NCBI GenBank assembly: GCA_050250895.1
Contig: JBFWNU010000001.1
Span: 808,008 to 872,007 of the forward strand
Length of the DNA stretch: 64,000 nt
Direction: 5' to 3'
Origin: Vulcanimicrobiota bacterium
Lineage (GTDB): Bacteria > Vulcanimicrobiota > Xenobia > Xenobiales > JADMJV01
Shown here: piece after piece, positions 1-9,475 of the stretch
How the letters are laid out: each line of letters starts with the position of its first letter
Position numbering within the stretch: the stretch's first letter is position 1
Notes under the pieces: generated by a model
Databases searched by the model: none
The model's input: the letters and a program-made list of their open reading frames with translations, nothing else
Told to the model about the DNA's origin: nothing
Translations under genes and position numbers: made by a program

Positions 1-1037
1 GAACTCGAGGAAGTGGTGCTTTGGGTTTTCTGGGGAATGGTGTAGGTTTCGGAGCGTCGACGGCCACAATGGCGGCAGTAATAATCTCTTCGACCGTGGC
101 CGGAAGAGTAGTAGGTGGCATGCGACAGGACTACGTCCCCGGTACATTCCTCGCACCGATAAGAGCACGAAGAACACCGCCGAAAACCGGAGAACCATGC
201 CGAGTAGGCCACCACCTTCTGCCGGTCGCAGGCTCGACAGATCCACACGTCATAGTCGACGCTGCCGAGCCCCTCTTCGTCGATCTGCCCGGCCGCCAGA
301 AACTCGTCGTCTTCGGACTCGCCCAGACGCATCATCTCGAGGTGACAACCCGGACAACGGCGAGGCCTGTTGCGCAGATACCGCCGAAAAATCAGGATCA
401 AGATCAACACCAGCACGGCCGCGCCCACATATAGGGCATACGGCGGGTCCGGCGGCGGACTGTAGGGCCGGCTGGCCGGGCGGACCGGTCGGGGCGCGCT
501 CAGGGGCTGGGCCGCGGCCACCGGTTCTGGGGGTGCAGCCGCGTAATCCACCGGCTCCAGCTGGTCGGCGCAGGCGACCACCGCCGCCACCACGCCGTCG
601 CCCGGTTTGCCCTGCTTGAAGTAGGGGATCACGTTGGCCTGCAAAATCTGGCTGCAGTCGGCATCGGTCAGATAACGATTGGCCCCGGTGCCGACTTCGA
701 TCTCGATGCGGCGCTGGCCCATGACGACCAGAATCAGCACGCCGCTATTGTCCTCCGAGTCGCCCACTCCCCAGCGATTGAAGAGCTGGGTAGCATAGGC
801 TTTGGGCTTCAAAGGGGTGGTATCGGCCACGGTGACCACCGCGATCTCGCTGCCGTTGGTGGCCTGCAACCGGTCGATGCGTTCGTTGATGGCCCTCGTT
901 TGAGTCGGGGACAGGACGCTGGCCGTGTCCGAGACCCAGCTACCGTCGCGTTCGCGCGGGTTCGGCACTTCGCTGACGGGGATCGCCCAAACCACGAGAG
1001 AGCACAAGAGGAAAATCGCCCCAAGACATTTTTTCAC
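1..1037 (-). CDS. TPM-domain membrane protein with Pro-rich linker and C-terminal Cys-rich zinc-ribbon repeats (3' end runs off window)
   Basis: Not in the ORF track because there is no stop in the window. Manual translation from GTG 1037: MKKCLGAIFLLCSLVVWAIPVSEVPNPR...EIAVVTV...ATQLFNRWGVG...GVLILVVMGQRRIEIEVGTG (TPM domain), then several CxxC motifs. Confidence 0.85.
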   Translation of the reverse strand, partial: MKKCLGAIFLLCSLVVWAIPVSEVPNPRERDGSWVSDTASVLSPTQTRAINERIDRLQATNGSEIAVVTVADTTPLKPKAYATQLFNRWGVGDSEDNSGVLILVVMGQRRIEIEVGTGANRYLTDADCSQILQANVIPYFKQGKPGDGVVAAVVACADQLEPVDYAAAPPEPVAAAQPLSAPRPVRPASRPYSPPPDPPYALYVGAAVLVLILILIFRRYLRNRPRRCPGCHLEMMRLGESEDDEFLAAGQIDEEGLGSVDYDVWICRACDRQKVVAYSAWFSGFRRCSSCSYRCEECTGDVVLSHATYYSSGHGRRDYYCRHCGRRRSETYTIPQKTQSTTSSS

Positions 1038-1048
1038 ATAGACACTTT

Positions 1049-1297
1049 CTAGCTCGAAACGAGATCCCCTACGGGCGTCCACTCGGTGTCCACCTCAAAG
1101 ACCGGGCTAGGCGAGAGCAGGGCCACGATGGTGGGATGATCTTCCGTCACCAACTGGCGGCGCTGCGGCTCTTCTTCGACCCAGAGTTCGCCCTCGTCGG
1201 GATCTTCGAACGAATAGACCTCGCATAAAGGCTGGCCATTGAAGTCGCGGGCGGTAGTCGAGAAAAGATTTTCCAATCCGTAAACCACGGCCGGCAA
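1049..1297 (-). CDS. small acidic hypothetical protein
   Basis: 82-aa ORF with GAAGGG before a TTG start; ends 11 bp before the TPM gene on the same strand. Confidence 0.5.
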   Translation of the reverse strand: MPAVVYGLENLFSTTARDFNGQPLCEVYSFEDPDEGELWVEEEPQRRQLVTEDHPTIVALLSPSPVFEVDTEWTPVGDLVSS

Positions 1298-1324
1298 GTT
1301 CCCTTCGGTCGGAACAACCCCTGC

Positions 1325-1382
1325 AAAAGAAAAAAGCCACCAGGTTTAGGTTAGCACGCGGAGAGAGGTTGGACCTGGTGAC
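1325..1382 (-). terminator. terminator-like hairpin with 27-nt loop upstream of the 1049-1297 ORF
   Basis: Minus strand GTCACCAGGT...ACCTGGTGGC followed by TTTTTTCTTTT. Confidence 0.5.
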
Positions 1383-1499
1383 TTGGGTTATTTTGTTGTG
1401 CTCAGATAATAACCATTCGAGCCGTCTCGAGGGCCTCCCTGAGGTTGCCAGATCGTATCCGTTGTTAACAATTCATGAAGTTGTGTTACACTGGACTGC

Positions 1500-1931
1500 G
1501 TGAAAAGCTGCGTCTTCTGCAAAATCCTCAACCAGGAATTGGCCGCCGACGTTGTCTATCGCGATGATTCGGCTCTCGTCTTTCTTGACCACCGCCCTCT
1601 CTTTCCAGGCCATCTGCTGGTCGTTCCCAGGCGTCATATCGAGACCCTGCCCGAACTGCCGGCCGCGGAGTTGCCTCGACTCTTTGCGGTGGTCCAGAAG
1701 ATGGCCGAAGCCGTTCCCATCGCCTGTCAGGCCCAGGGCACCTTCGTGGCCATGAACAATAAGGTCAGCCAGAGCGTACCCCACCTTCACGTGCATGTCG
1801 TGCCCCGCTCCAAGAAAGACGGATTGCGAGGTTTCTTCTGGCCGCGCAACCCCTACCGCGACGAACAACACCGGCTCGAGACGGCTCAGGCGATTCGCCA
1901 GACGCTCTCAAGCCTCGGCGTGCAGTCCTAG
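1500..1931 (+). CDS. HIT family hydrolase
   Basis: CVFC N-terminus and HLHVHVVP histidine triad; TGtTACACT -10 box 7 nt before GTG (leaderless). Confidence 0.93.
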   Translation: MKSCVFCKILNQELAADVVYRDDSALVFLDHRPLFPGHLLVVPRRHIETLPELPAAELPRLFAVVQKMAEAVPIACQAQGTFVAMNNKVSQSVPHLHVHVVPRSKKDGLRGFFWPRNPYRDEQHRLETAQAIRQTLSSLGVQS

Positions 1932-2360
1932 CTTCTGGCACAGCTCGGACAGCTGCGCCCGTTCTTGCTCGCTGAGCACCGAAAAGCAATCCACCACGTG
2001 TTTGACGTGGCGAGGAAAGACCTCCTCGACCAGTTCTTTGCCCACCTCGGTAAGGTAGACCACGGTCAGGCGCCGTTCGCCCGGTGAGCGCTCCCGGCGG
2101 ATGAGCGCCTTGCGCTCGAGCCGGTTGAACAGCTCGTCCACCTCGAGTCCCAGGGCGAAAAGCTTGGGCCGCAGCTCATTTTCGATCATCGAGCCCAGGT
2201 GATAGAGGCTCTCGAGCACACCCAGTTGCGAGAGAGTCAAACCATAGCTCTCGAGATGGCGGCCCAGGTTCCAGCGCACCGCTCGAGTCGAGCGCATCAA
2301 CTTGATGTAGGTGTTGAGCGCGAGCTGTTCCTCGGGAGTTCCCTTATAGCGACTGCTCAT
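1908..2360 (-). CDS. MarR family transcriptional regulator
   Basis: LTLSQLGVL...RLERKALIRR..SPGERR..VVYLTEVG; ATG 2360 overlaps the HMG-CoA lyase stop (ATGA). Confidence 0.85.
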   Translation of the reverse strand: MSSRYKGTPEEQLALNTYIKLMRSTRAVRWNLGRHLESYGLTLSQLGVLESLYHLGSMIENELRPKLFALGLEVDELFNRLERKALIRRERSPGERRLTVVYLTEVGKELVEEVFPRHVKHVVDCFSVLSEQERAQLSELCQKLGLHAEA

Positions 2361-3241
2361 GTCCTGGCCAACCTCTGGAACTGGCGGCTCGGCAGGTTCT
2401 TGCCCAGCACCCGGGCAATAAAGCGAGAGGCCTCGACTACCCGGTCGAGGTCGACCCCGTGCTCGAGCCGTGAGCGGGTGAGAAAATAGAGCAAATCTTC
2501 GGTAGCCAGATTCCCCGCCGCGCCAGGCGCATAAGGGCAACCACCCAGCCCACCGGCTGAGCTATCAAAACAGCGGATGCCCAGCCGCAAGCCGGCGTCG
2601 ACGTTAGCCAGGGCGGTCCCGTAGGTGTCGTGCAGATGAAGGGCCAGCTGGCCAGCCGGAATGGTTTCGAGCAGATGCCCCACCGTGTTCTCGATATCGC
2701 GCGGCACAGCCGCTCCGATGGTGTCGCCGATCGAGACCTCGTCGACGCCCAGATCCAACAGAGCCTGGCTCACTTCCCGCACCCGCTCGGCCCCGATCTC
2801 GCCTTCGTAGGGGCAGACGAAAGCGGTCGAGACATAACCTCGCACCGACAGACCTGCAGCCAGAGCCTGGCTCGTCACCTGCTCGAGTTCGACCAGGCTT
2901 TCGGCGATGGAACGGTTGGTATTCTGCTGCGAAAACGTCTCGCTGGCGGCAGTGAAAACAGCGATTCGTCTGGCCCCCACCTCGAGCGCTCGCTCAAGCC
3001 CTTTGCGATTAGGAACCAGACAGCTGTAAACCAGGTTCGGGCGCGGCTCGAGCAAGCCGAAGAGCTGGCCCGAGTCGGCCAATTGGGGCACCCATTTGGG
3101 ATGCACGAACGAAGTGACCTCGATGTCGGGCAAACCCGAGGCGGCCAGCAGGCCGATGAACTTGAGCTTATCGTTGGTCGAGATGGGAGTTGGCTCGTTC
3201 TGCAGACCGTCGCGAGGTCCGACCTCGACAATCTTAATCAT
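2357..3241 (-). CDS. hmgL: hydroxymethylglutaryl-CoA lyase
   Basis: EVGPRDGLQNE, HLHDTYG and GLGGCPYAPGAAGN motifs; start re-called at ATG 3241. Confidence 0.95.
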   Translation of the reverse strand: MIKIVEVGPRDGLQNEPTPISTNDKLKFIGLLAASGLPDIEVTSFVHPKWVPQLADSGQLFGLLEPRPNLVYSCLVPNRKGLERALEVGARRIAVFTAASETFSQQNTNRSIAESLVELEQVTSQALAAGLSVRGYVSTAFVCPYEGEIGAERVREVSQALLDLGVDEVSIGDTIGAAVPRDIENTVGHLLETIPAGQLALHLHDTYGTALANVDAGLRLGIRCFDSSAGGLGGCPYAPGAAGNLATEDLLYFLTRSRLEHGVDLDRVVEASRFIARVLGKNLPSRQFQRLART

Positions 3242-3725
3242 CCTCAGCCTCCAAACGCACCAACTCGTCGCCCAAAGCGACCATGACCCCGGCTTCACAG
3301 TTGACCCTGGCGACTGTCCCGGCGCGAGGCGAGGCGATGGTCAACTCCATCTTCATGGACTCCATCACCACCACCACCTGGCCGGCCTCGACTTCCTGGC
3401 CTGGCGTGACTCTAACCTCGAGGATCTTGCCCGGCATCGAGGCCTTCACCAGGTCGCCCCCGCCGGCTCCCAGGGCGCCCTGACTACGCCGAGCCGTGGT
3501 GGTCACCGGTTCGAAGGTATGAACCCGACCGGCCAGCCAGACCCAGACCTGCCGACCGTCGTGATAGACTCGATAGGGCAGGTTGCGACCTTTGAGCACA
3601 GCCACTCCGTCGAGCATGGAAAAGTCGAGAGTGCGTCCCTCGAGGGTGGCCCGGTAACCCTCTTTGGTGGCCTCGAGCACCACCTCTTGCTCGACCTCGT
3701 CGTGGGAATAGCGAAAGCGTTTCAA
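3234..3725 (-). CDS. biotin carboxyl carrier subunit (C-terminal part of a split methylcrotonyl-CoA carboxylase alpha)
   Basis: ASMPGKI...MESMKME biotinylation motif; TTG 3725 with GGAGG RBS overlapping the upstream stop. Confidence 0.88.
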   Translation of the reverse strand: MKRFRYSHDEVEQEVVLEATKEGYRATLEGRTLDFSMLDGVAVLKGRNLPYRVYHDGRQVWVWLAGRVHTFEPVTTTARRSQGALGAGGGDLVKASMPGKILEVRVTPGQEVEAGQVVVVMESMKMELTIASPRAGTVARVNCEAGVMVALGDELVRLEAEDD

Positions 3726-5158
3726 ACGTTCCTCCAGGGACCCATTTCGACCCAGGGGCCGGCGGCTCGTGCGACGGTGGCCGCGTCGGGGCGAGCCTGG
3801 CTCAGTCCGGCCAAGGCGGCAGCCAACAGAGGGGCCGGGCCGGAGGCCGGCATCTGATGCTCGGTCAAGAAGTGAGTGTGGGTGTTGCCGGCCTCGAACT
3901 CGGGATGAGCCAGCACCTCGGCCAGAAACTCGAGATTGGTGGTCACTCCCAACACCACAAAGTGGCGCAGAGCCCAGAGCATCTTTTGCAGAGCCGCCGA
4001 GCGGGTCTCGCCCCACACGATCAACTTGGCCAGCATGGGATCGAAATGGACGGTGACCTGCGAGCCTTGTTCGACACCGCTATCGAGCCGGATACCGGCT
4101 GCCTGGGGTGGCTCGAAGACCCCCAGGGTGCCGATGGACGGCATGAAGTTATTGGCGGGATCCTCGGCGTAGAGGCGACACTCGATGGCCCAGCCGCGCG
4201 GACTCAAGTCTGCTTGGGTAAAGCCCAGGGGCTGGCCGTTGGCCACTTCGAGCTGGAGCCGGACCAGGTCCTTGGCGTAGACCAGCTCGGTGACCGGATG
4301 CTCGACTTGAAGCCGCGTATTTACCTCGAGAAAATAGAAAGAGCCGTCTTCGCCCAGAATGAACTCGACGGTCCCGGCGTTGGTGTAGCCGATGGCCTGG
4401 GCGGCCGCCACCGCCGCCTCGCCCATGCGCTGGCGCAACTCGGGGGTCATGACCGGGCTGGGCGACTCTTCGATGATCTTCTGGTAGCGCCGTTGAATCG
4501 AGCACTCTCGCTCGCCCAGGTGCACCACCTGACCGTGTTCGTCGCCAAAAATCTGAAACTCGACATGGCGCGGTTTTTCGATGTAACGCTCGAGAAAGAC
4601 CCGGTCGTCGCCAAAGGCCTTCAGCGCTTCACCCTGGGCCCGCGAGACCGAGTCGGCCAGCTGCTCGGGGCGGTCGACCCGTCGCATACCCTTGCCGCCC
4701 CCGCCGGCGGCTGCCTTCACCAGCAGAGGAAAGCCCACGCTCTCGGCGCCGGCGGCAACCTCTTCGAGGGGCCCCGACCAGCTCGGCACCACCGGCACGC
4801 CGGCGGCACGCATGGTCTCTTTGGCCACCAGTTTGTCGCCCATGGACTCGATGGCGGACACGGGGGGGCCCACGAATTTGACCCCGGCCTCGGCACAGGC
4901 CCGGGCGAAGTCGGCGTTCTCGGAAAGAAAACCATAGCCGGGATGCAAGGCGTCGATGGAGTGCTCTTTGGTCAGAGCCAGAATCGCCTTCCAGTCGAGA
5001 TAACTATCGATGGGGTAAGCCTCGTCAGCCAGGCGACGATGGAGACTATGAGCGTCGGGAGGAGTGTAGACCGCGCAGGCCGTCAAACCCATCTCTTGCA
5101 AGGTGCGCGTCACGCGCACGGCGATCTCGCCTCGGTTGGCAATCAGCACTCGCTTCAT
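3722..5158 (-). CDS. biotin carboxylase subunit of acyl-CoA (likely 3-methylcrotonyl-CoA) carboxylase
   Basis: MKRVLIANRGEIA, HPGYGFLSEN, GGGGKGM, ERECSIQRR and EVNTRLQVEHPVTE motifs. Confidence 0.95.
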   Translation of the reverse strand: MKRVLIANRGEIAVRVTRTLQEMGLTACAVYTPPDAHSLHRRLADEAYPIDSYLDWKAILALTKEHSIDALHPGYGFLSENADFARACAEAGVKFVGPPVSAIESMGDKLVAKETMRAAGVPVVPSWSGPLEEVAAGAESVGFPLLVKAAAGGGGKGMRRVDRPEQLADSVSRAQGEALKAFGDDRVFLERYIEKPRHVEFQIFGDEHGQVVHLGERECSIQRRYQKIIEESPSPVMTPELRQRMGEAAVAAAQAIGYTNAGTVEFILGEDGSFYFLEVNTRLQVEHPVTELVYAKDLVRLQLEVANGQPLGFTQADLSPRGWAIECRLYAEDPANNFMPSIGTLGVFEPPQAAGIRLDSGVEQGSQVTVHFDPMLAKLIVWGETRSAALQKMLWALRHFVVLGVTTNLEFLAEVLAHPEFEAGNTHTHFLTEHQMPASGPAPLLAAALAGLSQARPDAATVARAAGPWVEMGPWRNV

Positions 5159-5160
5159 GG

Positions 5161-6771
5161 CTACATCCTGAACACGCCGTGCTGGCGCTGCGGGAAGGGT
5201 GCGTTGAGACTGGCCGCGATGCCCAGGGCCAGCACCCTTCGGGTGTCGACGGGATCGATCACGCCGTCGTCCCAGAGGCGGGCGGTGCTGTAGTAGCAAC
5301 TGCCCTCCCGCTCGTACTTGTCCAGAATGGGCTGTTTGAACTCGGCGCTCTGAGCCTCGTCGAGCAAAGGCTTGCCGGTGGCCTCGAGCTGGTCCTGGCG
5401 CACCGTCAACAGCACGTTGGCTGCCTGCTCGCCGCCCATGACGGAAATGCGAGCGTTGGGCCACATCCACAATTGGCGAGGACTATAGGCCCGTCCGCAC
5501 ATCCCATAGTTGCCGGCTCCGTACGAACCACCCAGGATGACGGTGAACTTGGGCACGGCCGCGTTGGCCACCGCCTGCACCATCTTGGCTCCGTCCTTGG
5601 CAATGCCGCCGGCCTCAAAAGCCTTGCCCACCATAAATCCCGTGATGTTCTGAAGAAAGACGAGCGGCACGCCCCGGGCGCTGCACAGCTCGATGAAGTG
5701 GGTAGCCTTGAGGGCCGATTCGGAGAAGAGCACTCCGTTGTTGGCCAGAATGCCCACCGGGTAGCCCCAAATACGCGCAAATCCGGTGACCAGGGTGGTG
5801 CCGTAGAGGGCCTTGAACTCGTGGAACTCGCTAGCGTCGACGAGGCGAGCAATCACCTCGCGCACATCGTAGGCCACCCGGTCATCGGCCGGGATGATGC
5901 CGTAGATCTCCTCGGGATCATAAGCCGGTTCGCGCGCAGACTGAGCATCGATGGGCGTCTGGTGGCTGCGATTGAGGGCAGCCACCACGTTGCGGCAGAT
6001 GGCCAGCGCGTCCTCGTCGTCGTGGGCGTAGTGGTCGGCCACCCCCGATTCTCGACAATGCACGTCGGCCCCGCCCAACTCTTCGGCGGTGACCACCTCG
6101 CCGGTGGCCGCCTTGACCAGCGGCGGCCCCCCCAGAAAGATCGTGCCCTGATGGCGCACGATAATGGTCTCGTCGCTCATGGCCGGAACGTAAGCCCCTC
6201 CGGCCGTACACGAGCCCAGCACGGCGGCGATCTGGGGAATCCCAGCGGCCGACATACGGGCCTGGTTATAGAAGATTCGACCGAAATGCTCCCGGTCGGG
6301 AAAAACCTCGTCCTGGAGCGGTAAGAAAGCCCCCCCCGAGTCGACCAGATAGATGCAGGGCAGGTGATTCTCGGCGGCCACCTCTTGGGCGCGCAGGTGC
6401 TTCTTGACGGTGATGGGGTAATAGGTGCCCCCCTTCACGGTGGCGTCGTTGGCCACGATCACGCACTGGCGGCCCGACACCTGGCCGATCCCGGTCACTA
6501 CCCCCGCGCTGGGGGCCTCGCCATCATACATATCCCAGGCGGCGAGCGCCCCCAACTCCAGGAAGGGAGTGTCGGGGTCGAGCAACTTCTCGATCCGATC
6601 CCTGACGAAAAGCTTGCCGCGTTTGCGGTGACGCTCGACATATTTGGGGCCGCCCCCCTGGCGAACTTGCTCCAACCGGTTCTGCAACGAGGCGGTCCGA
6701 GCCAGCATGGCTTCGCGGTTTTGCGCGAACGCGGCCTCGCCGGGGTGGATGCGGGTGGGTATCTGTTCCAC
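5161..6771 (-). CDS. methylcrotonyl-CoA carboxylase beta (carboxyltransferase) subunit
   Basis: [41 protein letters not shown] and ARLWDDG motifs; GTG 6771 with GGAGGA RBS; operon with hmgL. Confidence 0.93.
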   Translation of the reverse strand: MEQIPTRIHPGEAAFAQNREAMLARTASLQNRLEQVRQGGGPKYVERHRKRGKLFVRDRIEKLLDPDTPFLELGALAAWDMYDGEAPSAGVVTGIGQVSGRQCVIVANDATVKGGTYYPITVKKHLRAQEVAAENHLPCIYLVDSGGAFLPLQDEVFPDREHFGRIFYNQARMSAAGIPQIAAVLGSCTAGGAYVPAMSDETIIVRHQGTIFLGGPPLVKAATGEVVTAEELGGADVHCRESGVADHYAHDDEDALAICRNVVAALNRSHQTPIDAQSAREPAYDPEEIYGIIPADDRVAYDVREVIARLVDASEFHEFKALYGTTLVTGFARIWGYPVGILANNGVLFSESALKATHFIELCSARGVPLVFLQNITGFMVGKAFEAGGIAKDGAKMVQAVANAAVPKFTVILGGSYGAGNYGMCGRAYSPRQLWMWPNARISVMGGEQAANVLLTVRQDQLEATGKPLLDEAQSAEFKQPILDKYEREGSCYYSTARLWDDGVIDPVDTRRVLALGIAASLNAPFPQRQHGVFRM

Positions 6772-6875
6772 GGGGTCCTCCTGGGAGCCGTCGCATTCTT
6801 TGGTCAAGCTTGAATCCCTCTTGAAGGTTCCTTAGCCAGGCTTACAGAAGTTCACACGACAGGGAGGATTGCGCC

Positions 6876-8144
6876 GTGCAACTTAAGCATCGACTAGCCG
6901 CGACCCTATTTTTCGCGGTAGCCGTAATGGCCAGCCTGACGCACCAGCAGCTGGTCGACAAACAATCTCACTATATCCCCATCGATTATCGTCCCTTGCT
7001 GACGCAAGAGCAGCATTGCCGCACCCAGGAGAGTACCTACCTGGCCGTGCTGGACCACATTCAGAATCATTCGGTCAAAAGAATTTCTAACCGCGCCCTG
7101 GAAGCCTCGGTTCGGGCCGAGCTGGCCGAGCTGACCCGTCAGGCCGGGCTATCTCCGGTTCGCTTGACGGGCGAACTCAATCAGTTGCCGACCGAACTGC
7201 TCGAGGCCTACGGCGACCTTCCCGAGAACGCCGTCTTCTATGCCGGCGCCCAGGGTCTGGTGCGGGCTGTGGATCATCCCGAGGCCGAGCTGGTTGGCAT
7301 GCAGAACGACACCTACTATGGCAACCTCGGCCAGAGCGGAATTGGCGCCATCATCGGTCCCACCCGCGGGGCCCGCGGCATCCTGCTACAGACGGTTCTT
7401 CCCGGTGGTGCGGCCGACCAGGCCGGCTTGACCGGTGGCGACCTGCTGCTCGAGATCGACGACCGGGATTGCTCGGACATGTCGATGCCGATGGCCGTCG
7501 CCCTGTTGCGCGGCGAGGCCGGCCAACCGGTGAGCCTGCTGGTTCGCCGCGGCGACGGACTGCGGACCCAAGAGTGGACCGTACGCCTGGTCCGCCAGCC
7601 CCTCGACATCGACACCACCGTGGTCAGCCAAATTGACGGTGAAATGGCCAAGGTCCGCCTGCTGTGGCTTGACTCGCGCACGGCCATCCAGCTTGGGGAC
7701 ACCCTCGACGGTCTGGCCGCCCTGGGCGTGAAACAGGTCGAGCTCGACCTGACCCAAACCGCCTCCGGTAGCCTCAGCGACGTGGCCGCCATCGGCAGCC
7801 TCTTCCTTCCCGAGGGCACCAACGTGGGCGGCACCCGCACGGTCGATATGACCGCCAACTACTCGACTTATCCCAGCACGCGTCACTACGACTTCGACCT
7901 GACCGTGCTGGTCGGCCCCAATACCCGTGGCTCGGCTGAAGCCCTGGCCCAGGTATTGACCAGCCGCGGCCCGGCCCGCCTGACCGGGCAGCCCACCGCT
8001 GGCGACGGCCTGATTCCGACCTACTACTGCGAAGGCGTTAAACTGCCTGGTCGTAGCATCATCCTCAGCGACGGGACCGAGCTGGAAGGCCACGGCCTCA
8101 ACCCGCCCGTGCGCAACCTGAGCGACGCTTTCGGTCGACTGTAA
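6876..8144 (+). CDS. PDZ-containing S41/CtpA-like protein, catalytic residues apparently lost
   Basis: N-terminal signal/TM; SGIGA...PGGAADQAGL..GD.LLEID PDZ domain; degenerate S41 motifs DLTQTASG, TRGSAE, GQPTAGDG. Confidence 0.8.
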   Translation: MQLKHRLAATLFFAVAVMASLTHQQLVDKQSHYIPIDYRPLLTQEQHCRTQESTYLAVLDHIQNHSVKRISNRALEASVRAELAELTRQAGLSPVRLTGELNQLPTELLEAYGDLPENAVFYAGAQGLVRAVDHPEAELVGMQNDTYYGNLGQSGIGAIIGPTRGARGILLQTVLPGGAADQAGLTGGDLLLEIDDRDCSDMSMPMAVALLRGEAGQPVSLLVRRGDGLRTQEWTVRLVRQPLDIDTTVVSQIDGEMAKVRLLWLDSRTAIQLGDTLDGLAALGVKQVELDLTQTASGSLSDVAAIGSLFLPEGTNVGGTRTVDMTANYSTYPSTRHYDFDLTVLVGPNTRGSAEALAQVLTSRGPARLTGQPTAGDGLIPTYYCEGVKLPGRSIILSDGTELEGHGLNPPVRNLSDAFGRL

Positions 8145-8162
8145 GACGTCACCACTCGTCGC

Positions 8163-8195
8163 GAAAAGAGCGCCGGTTCGCCGGCGCTCTTTTTC
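8163..8195. terminator. bidirectional intrinsic terminator
   Basis: GAAAAGAGCGCCGG-TTCG-CCGGCGCTCTTTTTC between convergent genes. Confidence 0.9.
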
Positions 8196-8276
8196 ATGGG
8201 CGGTAGGTAGCCGCGCAATGGATCAACGCAAAGAGGCCTCGCGCCTTCGCGCCTGCGGCTTCCTCAAATCCGGCGC

Positions 8277-9401
8277 TTACCGCAGATTGACCGGGCCGAT
8301 GTGCTTGTAGTGGTCTTTGCCGCGGAAGCTGAAGGCTCGCAGCGGCTGGTTGGAGAGGCTCCTAGCCAGGTTGTCGGCGGTGGTCTCGCCCGCCTCTTTG
8401 GCCGAGTGTTTGTCGGCCGGCACGGGTTGGCCGCCGCTGCGGGCCAGCGCCGCGTCGCCGATCACGAAGACCTCGGGATGATCGGGCAGAGTCAGATGGT
8501 CGGTCACCTCCACCCGTCCGCCACGGGTGGTGGGACCGAGGCGTTGGAGGACCTCGGGTGACTCCGTGCCTACGGCCAGCATAATGGCGGAAGCTGAAAG
8601 CACCTCACCTGAGGTCAGTGTTACCTGACCTTCGGCCACGTCGGCAAGGCGCTCACCAAGACGCAGAGTCACTCCTTTCTCGAGCAAGGCCGCGGTAGCC
8701 CGGCGGCTCACATCGTCGGGCATCCCTTGGCACAGTCGGGGTTGGCTGTGGATTAGGGTAAGATTGAGATCTTTGGACAGACTGGGATCGACCTGCTCGA
8801 CCAGGTCGGCCACGATGCCGGCCAGTTCGACGCCGGTGGCTCCCCCACCGACCACCACGAACTGCAGTTGCTGGGCGCGGCGGCCAGGGTCGGTCTCGGC
8901 CAGAGCGGCCATCGCCTGGGTGCGAACCGTTTCGCGAATCTTCTGAGTGTCTTCAGGCTGGTCGAGGGTCAGCACGTGCTCGGCCCACTCGGGATGGCCC
9001 AACAGAGCCGGTCGCGAGCCCAGGGCTACCACCAGGTAGTCGTAAGAAATGCGCTGGCCGCGGTCAAGGACTACCTGGCGAGTGGCCACATCGATGTCGG
9101 TGACCTCGCCCAATCGCAGCTGGCCGCCGGCCTTTCCCACGACTTTGGCTAGCGACTGCTGGGCTTCAGAAGTCTCTTTCCCGCCCACCGTCACCTTCCA
9201 GAGCTTGGTCTTGTAGGTCTGAGCGGGCTTGCGGTCGACCAGGGTCAGGTGGACGGGCGCCTTGAGCGACTCGACGAACTCGACGCCGGCGTAGCCGCCT
9301 CCCAGCACCACCACCTTGGGACTGTCCTGACCGGGGGCTGGCCGCCGCTTGTGGTGGCCGGCCCGAAGGGTGGGGCTGAAGTTAGAAAGACGAGTGAGCA
9401 T
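8277..9401 (-). CDS. NDH-2/AIF-like FAD/NAD(P)H oxidoreductase with N-terminal extension
   Basis: VVVLGGGYAG, YDYLVVALGS, GGGATGVELAG and VFVIGD motifs; ATG 9401 with AGGAGG RBS. Confidence 0.88.
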   Translation of the reverse strand: MLTRLSNFSPTLRAGHHKRRPAPGQDSPKVVVLGGGYAGVEFVESLKAPVHLTLVDRKPAQTYKTKLWKVTVGGKETSEAQQSLAKVVGKAGGQLRLGEVTDIDVATRQVVLDRGQRISYDYLVVALGSRPALLGHPEWAEHVLTLDQPEDTQKIRETVRTQAMAALAETDPGRRAQQLQFVVVGGGATGVELAGIVADLVEQVDPSLSKDLNLTLIHSQPRLCQGMPDDVSRRATAALLEKGVTLRLGERLADVAEGQVTLTSGEVLSASAIMLAVGTESPEVLQRLGPTTRGGRVEVTDHLTLPDHPEVFVIGDAALARSGGQPVPADKHSAKEAGETTADNLARSLSNQPLRAFSFRGKDHYKHIGPVNLR

Positions 9402-9435
9402 CGGTTGTTCCTCCTGCTGGTTTGCTGGTAACAAC

Positions 9436-9467
9436 ACGATAGCAGGGTCGCCTTGACCAGACCTTGA
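9436..9467 (-). promoter_or_regulatory. direct-repeat promoter, copy 1 (drives the oxidoreductase)
   Basis: TCAAGG tctgg TCAAGG cgaccctgc TATCGT, starting just after the SARP-type regulator stop. Confidence 0.75.
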
Positions 9468-9475
9468 CCGACCGA

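Noticed and set aside
1-1037. Apparent frameshift in the TPM gene when started at ATG 1029
   Set aside because: GTG 1037 is in the same frame as the C-terminal region, so no frameshift is needed.
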